Of a stretch of 64,000 nucleotides of DNA, positions 1 to 13,026 are shown one piece after another. The stretch comes from Eledone cirrhosa. Lineage: Eukaryota. The stretch is from contig CAXHJY010000202.1 of the NCBI GenBank assembly GCA_964016885.1, positions 1 through 64,000 on the forward strand. Reading direction: 5' to 3'. The position numbers and the translations under genes are program-made. Every line of letters starts with the position of its first letter. Positions within the stretch are counted from its first letter, which is position 1. The notes beneath the pieces are model-generated. The model saw only the letters and a program-made list of their open reading frames with translations. It did not search any database and was not told the origin of the DNA.

Positions 1-259
1 TAAACACCCCAACATATTAAAACATATTAGGGAGTTGTTTTCACCAAGTATTTATGAATGCATTGAATCGTAAGATTGTTTAAGTATAAAGATAAAATGT
101 TTTTTTTTAGAAGGAACGACAACGCGAAAGTGAATAAGCAAAGGTTGAAACTTCGGTTCTACAAACTATATTAGATATTTATATATAACTGTGCGTTATA
201 ACCTTCAAATCATATAAAAGGGATATGTCTTATAGTATGCCTTATCATATACGTACGTA

Positions 260-301
260 TAATATATATATGCATATATATGCATATATATATATATATA
301 G

Positions 302-367
<66 letters not shown>

Positions 368-368
368 G

Positions 369-400
<32 letters not shown>

Positions 401-457
401 AATATACTATATAATATATACTATATATATAGAATATTATATATTAAGTACTATATA

Positions 458-488
<31 letters not shown>

Positions 489-608
489 CTAAATATATAT
501 ATAATATATATATATAAATAGAAAATAATATATATATATAATAATATATCTAGATATATACTAGTATACTATATATATATATATATATCATTATATATAT
601 ATAAGATA

Positions 609-654
<46 letters not shown>

Positions 655-1851
655 ATACATATATATATATATATAGATATAGTATCTATATATGTATATA
701 TATGTATATAGTACTATATATACTTAGTATATATGATATATACATATATATATACTATAACATATAGTCATATACATATAATATATATAGTACATATACA
801 TATATATATATATATATACATATATATAGTATATAGTATATATACATATATATATACATATACTATATACTATATATAATATACATATAATATATATATA
901 TATATATAATACTATATATATATATATATATAGATATATGTATATATATATATAATATACATATATACTATGTATATAGTACTATACGTATAGTATCGAT
1001 ATATATATATATATTAAGATTATATACTATATATATTATATAATATATATAATACTAGCTATATAGTATATATAATATATAGATACTATATATAAGATAT
1101 ACATATTAATATACGGATTAATTCGAAGCAAGGGAGAATAATAGATAGATGATGGATAAATGGAATTATCATTTAGAATTATGTTATATTTTTTTGGCCT
1201 CCATAACACCGGATGTATTCACTACTTTGTAAAAATACAGAAGTATATAGTGGCAGTAAGATTTAAAACAACTGGCTTAATCTATTTACATTTTTACAGA
1301 TAATACGCTAAACACATCTAAACAGGTTTTGCTATTTTTGTTCGCTAAAGTATCCTATCTTCCTATTTGATCAGATAAGAAAGTATACTTTTTGAATTAG
1401 GTTTCTGGATACTTTTATATACGCGACGATAAGTGTTTGTTGTATATGGCTTTGCTATATATATTTACCCTTCATGGAAAAATCTAGCCTAAATATGTAT
1501 ATAAAACTATGTTCCAAAACGCTACAGCGCTTCATTTCTTTAGACAACCTATCTTTCTTCTTGTAATTTACGTATTTCCTTTTTTCAAGACACTTCAAGG
1601 ATGTATGTTAGATCTTCAATTTAATTACTGAGAGTAATACATTTATTGTTAAAAAAGGACGCCATAGAAAGATATTCACGCAGCTATATATGATAGAAAT
1701 TCTCCGACATACTTAGCAGGAGTTCCTCTTCAAATTCAATATTATTTAGGTTCCTCTTAACTGCAACATATATATATATATATATGATGATATGTTGTGT
1801 GTGTGTGTGGTGTAGAGGTGTGTGTAGTGATGTGTGTATGTGTGTGTGTGT

Positions 1852-1886
<35 letters not shown>

Positions 1887-2737
1887 ATATATATATGTAT
1901 AATATGTATGTATGTATAATATTATATAATATATACTATATAGTATATACTTATATATAATAACTATATATTATATATAGTATACTATATATATATACTA
2001 ATAGATATAGTATACATTTATTATATAGATATAATATATAAGATATATATACTATATAAGTATATAATATATATATTAATATAGGTATCATATATATATA
2101 TATATATACTATATATACATATATATATATATATAGATATATATAGTATACTATAGTACTATATATAAAGATAGAAGCTGTGACACACGAGTTGTGATAT
2201 ATTAGTAAAAAGGAAAAGAAAATGCTGACAAATTTTTCCCAGTGAAAAATAGTTTAATTAGGAATAAGTATACAATTAGTAATAAGTATTAGTTAGTATT
2301 CAGTTTTTAGTTTCAAAGTTCTTTACCGGATTGCGCATTTCTTATACTTGTTCAAAAATAATTTTGAGACAGAGTCGTCGTGATTTTTGCTTTAATATGT
2401 GTATATATATATATATATATACATATATAAATATATATATATATATATAGTATAGTATATATATATATATATATAGGAAAAAGTGTGACCCCGACGGCAG
2501 AGCTCAAGCCGTTTCGACGGCTATTTCTGGAGTCCAGAAATAGCCGTCGAAACGGCTTGAGCTCTGCCGTCGGGGTCATACTTTTGTCCTATTTCCCAAC
2601 TCTAGTACCCTAAGTATTGAGTAATCTGGTGCGTTATGGTCCATCTAGTTCCTTACCACAAATTCCTGTGTTATATAGTATATAGTATATATATATATTA
2701 TATATATATATAATATGTAATATATAATATATACATG

Positions 2738-2774
<37 letters not shown>

Positions 2775-2960
2775 TATAGTATATATGTATATATATAGAT
2801 ACATGTATATATAGTATACATGTATATGGTGTATGATATATATATATATAGATATATATATATATATAGTATATATATATATATATACTATATATATATA
2901 GTATCTATACTATATATATAGTATATATATATATATGTATATATATAATATATATGTTTA
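260..2960. repeat. Long degenerate (TA)n arrays (260-1110, 1770-2170, 2670-2960), representative of dozens of (TA)n, (CA)n, (GA)n and (TATG)n tracts across the window
   Basis: Direct reading. Confidence 0.95.
2475..2672 (+). mobile_element. PLE pLTR family A, fold-back copy in (TA)n carrying the 3' half of a hammerhead
   Basis: Near-perfect inverted repeat 2475-2591 centred at about 2532. Right arm reads gccgtc-GAAA-cggc..gccg-TC-ggggtca (stem II 3' strand, GAAA, stem III, GUC). Flanked by (TA)n. Related copies at 9061, 11371, 40808, 46594, 51878. Confidence 0.75.
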
Positions 2961-4667
2961 TCTTCCTCTCTCTGTTAACCTACTTATCTACTTAATACTC
3001 TCAAGCACTAATGCACACTCCCACGTACACAAATACACACGCCCGCCACACATATATACTCACACTTACATAAGCCCTTTGATCACCCTTACATATTCTC
3101 GGCTGCATTGCGCCTCAAATAAGAAATATAGAGGGTTTTTTTTCCGAATCACCCATAAAAACGTTTATATTTAAAGGAAACTAAACACAAGATGCATGTA
3201 CGTGAGGAAATCATGCAGGAATGTTACCTATATTCCTCGAAAACACATGAAGTCGGTGTATAGTGAGGGTATCTCTTTAATAAATATAATTTTCAGAAAC
3301 AATCAACTATTGGAATATGATATTTTCTAAAGCAGAAGTTGATTCCAATTTGAATAGCCACAAATAGATATTACATTATAACAATAAAAAAGTAATCCTA
3401 CCTTCATCGAAGTTACATGAAGTCTTGGGCATAGCATACACATTTGAGAACCTCTATGAGACACATTTGCATTCAAACAGACACAAAATCTTCGATAAGT
3501 GATACGCATCCAGTCAGCCCGCCGTCAGAATCGAACTCACCATCTATCTCCAACCACTTAAAATGCGCCACTCAATCAAGTAAACTAACCCATGGTCTTC
3601 ATTAACCACGAATAAACAAACAAGCCCCGTATTACGTTGCCCTGAAGCAATATAAAAACTGATATTTCATAACGTAATGAGATATTTTGCAGAAACATAA
3701 AAATCGAGTGTTTCAACTCCAGCATAGCATGGTATCGAAGTTCCAAATCTACATGAATGTCGACAAAGGCGAGATTTTAAAACTAATCTTTGCTGTTTTT
3801 CCAAACAAGTTTATAATATGCTATAGAGTTTTCATGTTCCTTAAGACCACTTAATTGTGTTGGGATAGAATACTCTATTAATGAGAATACACTTAGTACA
3901 TCAGCGTAAGTATTTATGTAATTGTTCTTGTGTCGATAAAAGTCCTAATTACATCAGTCAAATATTATCTCAGAATGCTCAATTAAATACTGTTAGCATT
4001 TGCCTTGCAGACACTTCCCACCTATTTTATGTGAGAACATTTAGTTAATAAACTAAATACTGTTAGAGTCTTAGTCATTATGTAACATATTATCTTCCTT
4101 CGACACCATGATCATTCTATCTCAGAATATACAGTTAATAAACTGAATAATGTTAGTTATTTAACCAGTTATATTTCAGAGCTCTTCTATTTCAAATATT
4201 GATTCTCTTTTACTTGATACACTAGCAAAGTAGTCTCATTTAATGAAATATCACGGGATATTGCTGAATTTGAATGGAAACGAATTTTCAGAAGTGAAAC
4301 AATTATTCGAAAGGAAAACCAAACACGGAAATGGAGATGAATTGTCTCAGAAAAGGCGAATGCAAATATACAAGTAATATCATGATGATAGGCGGGGGGG
4401 GGGGGTGGGTAATTTGCATGTAAGATAATGTGAAACATCAGATGCTATTTGTACAAGAAACAACTGGAATGACGTTGTTATTATTTACAATTGTTTAATG
4501 ATGGAAACAATGGAGAGAAAATGGCGCTGATTGATAGGGAGATTGTTGGGCAGAACAAACAGAATTATTGAAACATTCCTCATTATATATATCTGAAGAA
4601 TAGATATAAAGGAGGGAAGAGAAATAGAAAGGGGGCGATGGTGAAAGAATAATAAGAGAGATAGACA

Positions 4668-4746
<79 letters not shown>

Positions 4747-4747
4747 C

Positions 4748-4778
<31 letters not shown>

Positions 4779-5727
4779 CAGGATGTGATAAAAGGTCAGT
4801 AAAAACAATCAATCCATGGAAAACGTGAGAATGAATGTCAAGTATGAAATAAAGAGACAATAATAAATAGGAAACATCTAATCGCCAGTGAATTTTCCTC
4901 CTGACATGAATTGCTATAATAGCAAAACATGTAATTCCTTTCGTATTTTGTAATGTGTTACATTGCTCTAACAATGCTAATCAATAACATTGCATGTTAA
5001 ATGCCTGAAAATATTGTTTTAATGTCAAAGGATATAATGGTGGAAGGTAAACTAATTGCATTTGTGGACCCAATATTCAAATTTACCATACACACGCTTC
5101 AGAAATAATAATCTAAGATTCCATTATCACAAAGTATTTTTTTCTTTTATATCTTTATATAGAAATTCATTTCCATTTCCATATGAAAATCTGGATCCGT
5201 TTATTTTTACATGTATTTATTTATTCATTCATAAATGTTCGTTTCTTGTTACATATGTGTTAATCCATTGAACATATAATGAAAGTCGAGTATAGCTGAA
5301 TGGTAGTGGTGCGTAGTGTGGGTTGTTATGGATCAGTAATTGTTCTGAGCTGCCCGGAATATATAATTGATATTGTGTGTGTGTATATATATATAGAGAG
5401 AGAGAGGGAGAATTTCGATATAAGTTTAACTTTCACATATATATCTATCTATTTATACATACATACACACACACGCACATACATTTATATATATATATAT
5501 ATATATATACTAAAAAATTCGTTTTATCGAAAATAATCTTTATAACGAGATCGACCTAACACATTGAGCGTGTTGGCCGGGGATTGAAAACAATTTCGTT
5601 ATCTGAAAAATTCGCTATGATGTTATTTGTTATTACGGAATTTTACCTATATATATATATATACACACACACACACATACATATATAAAGTATAAATGTC
5701 TGTATATATATATATATAAATTATAAA

Positions 5728-5774
<47 letters not shown>

Positions 5775-6834
5775 TGCTATTTATGTAAGACTCATTGAAC
5801 AACATAATGTTGATACCATGGTAAAGGTATTTCTAATATATGTTCACATAATTGACATATATTGGCTCAATGGCTTTTAGATTGTTGTCTTAATATAATT
5901 TTCCTACATAGAAAATATTAATCACTCAGTCCGTTTGTTATCGTATGTATGTAAGTCTTAAAACCATACATCAGAATCTACCTCATCTGTCAACACGGTT
6001 TTTGTCTGACCCGTCTCTTGTATATGGCGATTAAAAAGAAACAAAGTAATTTTTGTTTTCGTATTTCAAAAGAAATTCATGAAATATCATGAATGTGTAT
6101 GTTCATATATGCAATGGAATAATTAATTCCATGGAATTAACATTTAAGAGAAATCTAAACAAAATATAAAACTGTTAAAGAGACAAAATAGTAAAAAGTA
6201 GACGTTAATAGAAATTAAACATTTTCAAAGAGAATGTTCTTATATTCTTTGTATGAAATATTATGTACGCTGTCTGTATGCAGTATTATTGAAATATATA
6301 CGTCTGTTGTTTTGTATTACACAATAGCTTCACACAATAGAACGCTCGTTTATTCAATACCAACGTCCATTTATGAAAAATATACAATATGAAATCATTA
6401 AATTTTATATTAAATTTATTGTTCAGTAACCTAGGATTCAACAATGAATTCATATTTACAGTTAAACAAAGCTCACTTTCACAGACACATGAAAAATTGC
6501 AAAAGAGAAGCCATTGGGAGTTGAGTCGACATTTTCTTAATGATGCTTTAGTAATATTAATTTTTTTTTTTTTTTTTCAATTCTGTTTGAAAGACGTCTT
6601 TGTTTCGAAGGAATCGTGTATTTGTTGTTTTACTCTGGGTTACACAGCAATACATTTTATTTTATTTCTGAACCTAGGGGTCATAAGACAACATCAAATA
6701 GGTTAATGAAAAGCGACCATAATGTTGTCATTCAGACAGTTTCAATGAAGCGACCCTGCGGTCTAACCGAGATGCAATCAAGACATGGATAGCAGCCGGA
6801 GATATATCACATTTTATAATTGTATATTGCATAA

Positions 6835-7026
6835 AGGGCGGTGGATTGGCAGTATCGGTAGAGGGTCGGACGCCATGATTTCCAGCATAGTTACGTCCCT
6901 TTACGATCTGAGTTCAAATCCCGCCGAGGTTGACTTTGCCTTTCATCCTTACGGGGTCGATAAAATAAAGTACCAGTAATGCACTGGGTAATTTCGGGCC
7001 TTGTGCCTAACGTAGAAACAATTATT
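6835..7026 (+). mobile_element. tRNA-derived SINE with Nin-type core (short subfamily)
   Basis: A-box-like tggcagtatcgg, B-box gagttcaaatcc, core gcctttcatccttacggggtcgataaaataaagtaccag. Flanking repeat attgtatattg is a probable TSD. Confidence 0.85.
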
Positions 7027-8061
7027 GTATATTGAATTTTCACATCACACTTTGTGACCAATAACTATTTCCATCAATCTCCCCAGAAAGTGCATATTGG
7101 TACAAAGTGGAGGAGCGATCAAATTTGAGACCTAGTCATCATGCGCTTGAAAGAGTTTTACGATACGCTGAAACAATCTTCTTTTTATGAAGAAATACAT
7201 ATGATTAACGTAGTATAAAAAAGAAAATAACTAAAGATATGAAAATGAAATGGCTATATTAGTGTTCGTGTGTTCGTGTGTACTTAATATATGAGATGTA
7301 TGGTAGTATGTAATTGGTATTTAATACAGAGATGGTTATATTTATTTAAGTTTTGATGGTGTATCGTATTATGTAAGAAAAGGAAGGTTATTAACAAAGT
7401 ATAGAAATCAACATCAAGCGAATTGAAGCTCAATGGAATTCATTAATTGTTTCCACTTAGCAAAGAGCTGGAACTTTGAAATCTAGATTGACATCCTCTA
7501 AAACTTTTGTTCTTAGATTTCAAATAATTATTGTTCTCAGTTGACAAAACGTGTCATGAATGTTTTACTGGCTCAAAGACAACATCTCTTGGTACCCTTG
7601 GTATAAGATCTGGATCTTTCAAGTACCTTCCAGGTAATCTATGTAGGCCTCCTTTCTTCTTTAATTGCCATGCTCTTTTTGGCAAGGCAGTACTAGTTCT
7701 CATATCATATCAGAGTTCCGGAAGGGGTAGTGATGCGAGTAAAACCATTGTTTACAACGATTTTGCACCATACCAACATATATTTTGCTTACTTCGGAAT
7801 TTTCTGGGGTACTTTCTGTGATATCTGCCTCATACACAATGGATTTGATATTACATTTCTGTTGTAGAGGGTAATTTTGTTAATGCTACATAATATGGTA
7901 CACCTTCTATACTCGACCTTGAGGTAGCGCGCTTTTTGTTCAGTGTATGAACATATATAAACAATAACACACACACACACACGCGCATATATATATATGT
8001 ATATTATATTATATATATACATACATATATATATATTATATATATATATTATATATATACA

Positions 8062-8248
8062 TAATTATTTCTACTTTTGGCACAAGGCCGGCAATTATCC
8101 TAGTGTATTACTGGTACTTTATTTTATCGACCCCGTAAGGAAGAAAGACAAAGTTAAAACCGGCGGGATTTAAACTTAGATCATAAAGGGCCGTAACTCT
8201 TTGCTGCAAAGCATGGCGTCCGACCCTCTACCGATACTGCCAATCCAA
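8062..8248 (-). mobile_element. tRNA-derived Nin-type SINE (short subfamily)
   Basis: Reverse complement of the 6835 SINE. Confidence 0.85.
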
Positions 8249-8300
8249 TTATATATATATATACATACATAGTATATATATTATATACAGACACAGACAC

Positions 8301-8394
<94 letters not shown>

Positions 8395-8399
8395 TGTAT

Positions 8400-9010
8400 G
8401 TCAGGTCACCAGTTGGTGCTACTGGTAACATGTATTCCAGTACAACCTGTCTCATGGTCGAGTCGTTGGCGACTAAACTGGCAACCCCACCAAGGTTACT
8501 TGGTGAGGAGGGTGACTTTGGACATCCCGCAGGAGTAAAAACAAAACCTGTCAAGGGGAAAAGGAGCTCTTAAGAGTCAATGGCCATCAAAAATCACCGG
8601 GAGAGATGACCCCTTAGCCTTTGTCAAAGCAGAATTCTAGGAGAAGGAATACTCTGATATAACACCTGCAACCCTGATGGTATCCAATGATGTTGACTTG
8701 TTCTTCTTTTTCGTAAATATCATCTTGGTTAAGAGAGTGGGACTGGCTTTGTGCAGTGCCTTTGCTCACTAAAAAAGCTTCACGGCACAGGCATTGTTTT
8801 ATATCTGGAGATCTCTCTGCACTTGTCGTCACATGGTACCATGGGCCCAGCACTATGTGTCAATTATTGTCACAAGTGTAGTGTTTGTACCAGAGTTTTC
8901 AAGTCGCTGGCTGGAATAAAAAGTCACACTCGTTCAGCGCATCGGTACGGGTTCTCCTACATGGATATAAAGTAGTGGCCGTACTCGAAAACGAGTTGGC
9001 AGCCACCATG
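8400..9010 (+). mobile_element. Non-autonomous RTE-derived (bipartite) retroelement in (TATG)n
   Basis: About 610 bp. The 5' part resembles RTE 5' UTRs (gcgactaaactggcaacccc...). The 3' part encodes a C2H2 finger (CSVCTRVFKSLAGIKSHTRSAH) like RTE ORF2 C-termini and ends in (TATG)n. Second copy at 16497-16900. Confidence 0.6.
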
Positions 9011-9060
9011 TATGTATGTATATATATATACACATTATATATATATATATATATATATAT

Positions 9061-9187
9061 AGGAACGAGTAGAACCCCGACGGCTGAGCTCAATCCGTTT
9101 CGACGGCTAATTCTGGATTAAATATATTGAGTATTGAGTACTTTGGTGCGTTATGGTCCACCTGTTTCCTTACCACATTTCCTTCGT

Positions 9188-9190
<3 letters not shown>
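9061..9190. mobile_element. PLE pLTR family A, inverted arm plus 3' end
   Basis: Matches 2475-2530 and 2612-2672. Sits in (TA)n. Confidence 0.7.
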
Positions 9191-9238
<48 letters not shown>

Positions 9239-9836
9239 GTTTCTTTTATATGAGATTAGAAGTTTTGTGAACGGTAGTTACAATTACCAAATAGGAAATG
9301 AAATTATATATCAGTTGCCGAATTATGCATATTTTAGTAGCTCTATGAGTGAGTAGAGTAGCAATAGAAAATGTTAATGATGATAATTATCTGGAATATG
9401 AACACTTGAACGGTGATTTACGTATAGAACCTCTGAATGACAGAAAAGAAATAGAATCCTTGACACATGTGAAGGGAAAAGAGGAAATTACTGACAATAA
9501 CTTTATCTGTAAGATTCAAATGTGATTCTGAGAAAAGACAGGAATAGTAAAATAACTACTAGTGCATATAAACGATGAATTAAATATGGAAATTTATATG
9601 TACCAAACACAATGTTTTGCAGAAACGGTGTAACGATGAACTGCAATTATCCAATTTACTGATTTAAGGAAATTATATTGGAATAATACAGATAAGCCGT
9701 GCATAAGGAATACGGTTGATGGTGATTGTTCGCAAATAAATGTAAAAAAGAATATTTTGATTCCTAACCTATTACTGAACCCTATCTAAACAACAAAAGC
9801 GACATCATAATACATTTTATTATATATATATATATT

Positions 9837-10699
9837 AAAGGTATAGAAAGTATTGTAGCAAGAAGCCAACAGTATTCCATAATATACAAGTGACTATAGC
9901 GTCAAAATGGGAAAATAGTTAACGTAAGATGTGGGAAAAATAATTCAAACTCAATTCAAAAAGAATTAGGATATAGATTTATCCAACAGAATTTAGTGAA
10001 ATCCAGGGAAAAATGAATAGAGCCTTAACTCATGATAAAATAAAGTTTAAAATACTCATCCTTCAATTTGGAACAACTACAAATGATCTGTATAGTCTTG
10101 AAAATACTATTTCATGAAAACTTTTAGTGGGGATGGTCACGGTTGGAATCCGATCGTCAGCAGAGCTCAACACGATAGCCAAAATCTCACTGATTAATAT
10201 GCCAAAAAGGGAATTTAAAAGCAGGCTAGTTTAACATCATGCGTGATTATGAAAAAAAAACACACATGTGGAAAAACAGGGCTGGTGACGTCAGAATGAG
10301 ACGAATGTTTGTTTACATGCAACAACAGTCAAAAACATTCCGAAAAAACTCTACAATAAGGAGTTCAGCAAAAAGCAATATTATCGCGGTTTTTATTTTT
10401 AAATACCGGGATTAGTCACACATAATTTAAGCACTCTAGGAAAGAAATCCGAGTATAAATATATAAATGAAAGGTATAGAAAGTATTGTAGCAAGAAACC
10501 AACAGTATTCCATAATATATAAGTGACTATAGCGTCTAAATGGGAAATTAGTTAACGTAAGATGTGGGAAAAATAATTCAAACTCAATTCAAAATGAATT
10601 AGGGTATAGATTTATCCAACAGAATTTAGTGAAATCCAGGGAAAAATCAATAGAGCCTTAACTCATGATAAAATAAAGTTTAAAATACTCATCCTTCAT
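9837..10699 (-). mobile_element. Partial-tandem pLTR element (family B)
   Basis: About 230-bp direct repeat (9837-10065 and 10470-10699), (TA) flanks, and an HHR-like motif between the repeats. A diverged copy lies in the opposite orientation at about 28100-28315. Confidence 0.6.
10087..10164 (-). ncRNA. Type I hammerhead-like motif with long, poorly paired stem II
   Basis: tctg-CTGACGA-(38 nt)-GAAA-tagt..acta-TA-caga. Stem I 4 bp, stem III 5 bp. Confidence 0.5.
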
Positions 10700-10704
10700 A
10701 TATA

Positions 10705-11370
10705 AATGTTCAAGACCGAAAAGATTGAGATGGAGAACATTTTTCTACGATAGATACCGCAACAACCAGGACTTCGATACCAAGGAGAGCTTCGGATTCA
10801 GTACCTACAAATCTCCCCCACCGAACCCTCAGCTCTCACCCTTCGAGAACGACATCTTCCACATATGTCAAGGGTATAAAATTCAAACCCAGACACAACC
10901 AATTCCTATAAAAACTCCGTAGAAAAATAACGGAGTATGAAAGCACCAACGACATCCGGTGCATTCTGACAAAACTGGAAACCTCTACTTCGTCAACCCT
11001 GACAGATACCACACACTTATCAGGAGCAGCCTGTACTCCACCTACAAAAAGGCTAACCATTCTATAATCCATGACATAAATCTAGATGGACAACAAATTA
11101 CCTCCAACCTCAGGGTTGCCGACCGTACTGAACATCTCGACCCACATACTCCCTACCTCAACCTGAAGGATCATAAATCCGACTTCGACTGCAAACCATC
11201 CATCAGGCTTATGAACCCGACGAAGTCGGACATAGGGAGAATCAGTAAGAAGATTCTAGACCGCCTTATACCAAAAGTCAAGCGAAACGTGAGACTTAGT
11301 TTTTGGGTCAGCACCCAGGAAGTCATCTCATGGTTCAAGAATATTGAGGACAAACGGGACACCAAATTCT
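10705..11370 (+). pseudogene. Penelope-like element ORF fragment (N-terminal domain and start of RT), Hydra-clade-like, frameshifted
   Basis: RWRTFF..ESFGFS..PP..L.PFENDI, then DKTGNLY..LKDHK..RLMNPTKSDIGRISKKILD..W.ST..VI.WF. These motifs are characteristic of aquatic-invertebrate PLE RTs. Confidence 0.8.
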
Positions 11371-11467
11371 GGGGGCTTGAACATTTTCCTATTACCCACT
11401 CTACTACCCTAAGTATTCAGTACTCTGGTGCGTTATGGTCCATCTGGTTCCTTACCACACTTCCTTC

Positions 11468-11472
<5 letters not shown>
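11371..11472 (+). mobile_element. PLE pLTR family A 3' end
   Basis: Matches 2572-2672 and ends in (TA)n. Confidence 0.75.
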
Positions 11473-11511
<39 letters not shown>

Positions 11512-11538
11512 TATATGTTTGCATTTATACACACACAA

Positions 11539-11611
<73 letters not shown>

Positions 11612-11647
11612 TATACATATAAGCTAGAGCATATATTTATTATTAGC

Positions 11648-11740
11648 ACAGATTAAAGATTTAAGCAATAAATTACTGCTTTCACGAGTTTCAGAAGATC
11701 CCCCTCGAAAGCAATAATTTATTTCTTCAACCTTTAATCT
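11648..11740. mobile_element. Degenerate fold-back of pLTR family C
   Basis: Inverted arms around agtttcagaagatc..gaaagca, similar to 45131-45195. Confidence 0.55.
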
Positions 11741-11745
11741 CTACT

Positions 11746-11799
<54 letters not shown>

Positions 11800-11939
11800 A
11801 GAGAGAGAGAGAGAGAAACACACAGATACATACATATACATGAACATATCCACACATATCCCTGTGTTAGTGGTGCCAATGGGGACTGAAGAACCAGCTA
11901 GGTTCTAATGTTTCTTCTCTCATCATAATGAACTATATA

Positions 11940-12011
<72 letters not shown>

Positions 12012-12012
<1 letters not shown>

Positions 12013-12395
12013 TGGTAAACGGAAAAGAAAATGCTGACAAATTGTTCACAGTGAAAAATAGTTTAATTAGGAATAAGTAAGAATTAGTAATAGTATTGGT
12101 TAGTATTCAGTTCTGGTTTTAAGTTTTACCGATTGCGCATTTCTAATGCTTTTCAAAAATAATGTTGAGATAGAGCAAACATCACGGACGCTCTATCTCA
12201 AAATTATTTTTGAAAAGCATTAGAAATGCGCAACCGGTAAAACTTAAAACCAAAACTGAATACTAACCAATACTATTACTAATTCTCACTTATTCCTAAT
12301 TAAACTATTTTTCACTGTGAACAATTTGTCAGCATTTTCTTTTCCGTTTGCCAATATATCATAACTTGTGTGTTACACCTCTATTCTTTTGAATA
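12012..12395. repeat. Fold-back insert (about 165-bp arms, 13-bp spacer) in (TA)n
   Basis: 12012-12176 is the reverse complement of 12190-12354 with few mismatches. A single-arm copy lies at about 2170-2375. Confidence 0.85.
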
Positions 12396-12409
12396 TATAT
12401 ATATATTAT

Positions 12410-12950
12410 TAGTAGCAACTAATCACATTCTTTCTAACTTGACCACTGCCACGTCACGATTATTAGCCATTTTTTAATCTATTTTTGGCGCGATCACTTT
12501 GGACAATTAAATGTCTAATTTTGAGTTCGCTCCTGATGAGTCCGAATCTCTGGACATTTCCTGTTATTGGATGTCTTAAAATACGGTCGAAACCATGGTA
12601 GAGATAATTACGGTATGTACACATTTCTTCTAAGTTTGAATTTACACCTAATTGTGTATGGTTGTCGGTATAATTTAGTCAGTTTCTACATGCTGTTGAA
12701 ATGTTGGATAAATACTCTATCGTGGCAACTGCGAAGAGGCCGCTTTCGGTTATTTGTCGAAAATTTCTTCATAGGAGCCTTTATTCTTATAGCTTGGTCT
12801 TATTGATTTTTTTATATGGTTAATTATGCTAATTGGGAGAGGAAATGGTATATATTTTATCTAGTGATTCTGAGGACATGATTTATGATATATTGCTCTG
12901 ATTATTTAATTAATTAATTATTCAGTGAGCCACAACGTGACCGGTTGCAA
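12410..12950 (+). mobile_element. pLTR-like family E
   Basis: (TA)-flanked and contains an HHR. The segment 12730-12892 recurs at 42720-42878. Confidence 0.55.
12530..12603 (+). ncRNA. Type I hammerhead, extended stem II, palindromic stem III
   Basis: ctc-CTGATGA-gtccg..gacat..atgtc..cggtc-GAAA-ccatgg-TA-gag. Confidence 0.65.
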
Positions 12951-12987
12951 AACACATATATATCTATGACTTTATGTATATGTAAAC

Positions 12988-13021
<34 letters not shown>

Positions 13022-13026
13022 TTATA

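Noticed and set aside
260-2170. Higher-order code in the interrupted (TA)n arrays
   Set aside because: Interruptions look like random single-base indels, consistent with slippage or low consensus accuracy near the window start.
3515-3595. tRNA gene on the minus strand
   Set aside because: Only a B-box-like gagttcgatt with no cloverleaf; probably an old SINE head, as are 23525, 24672 and 29420.
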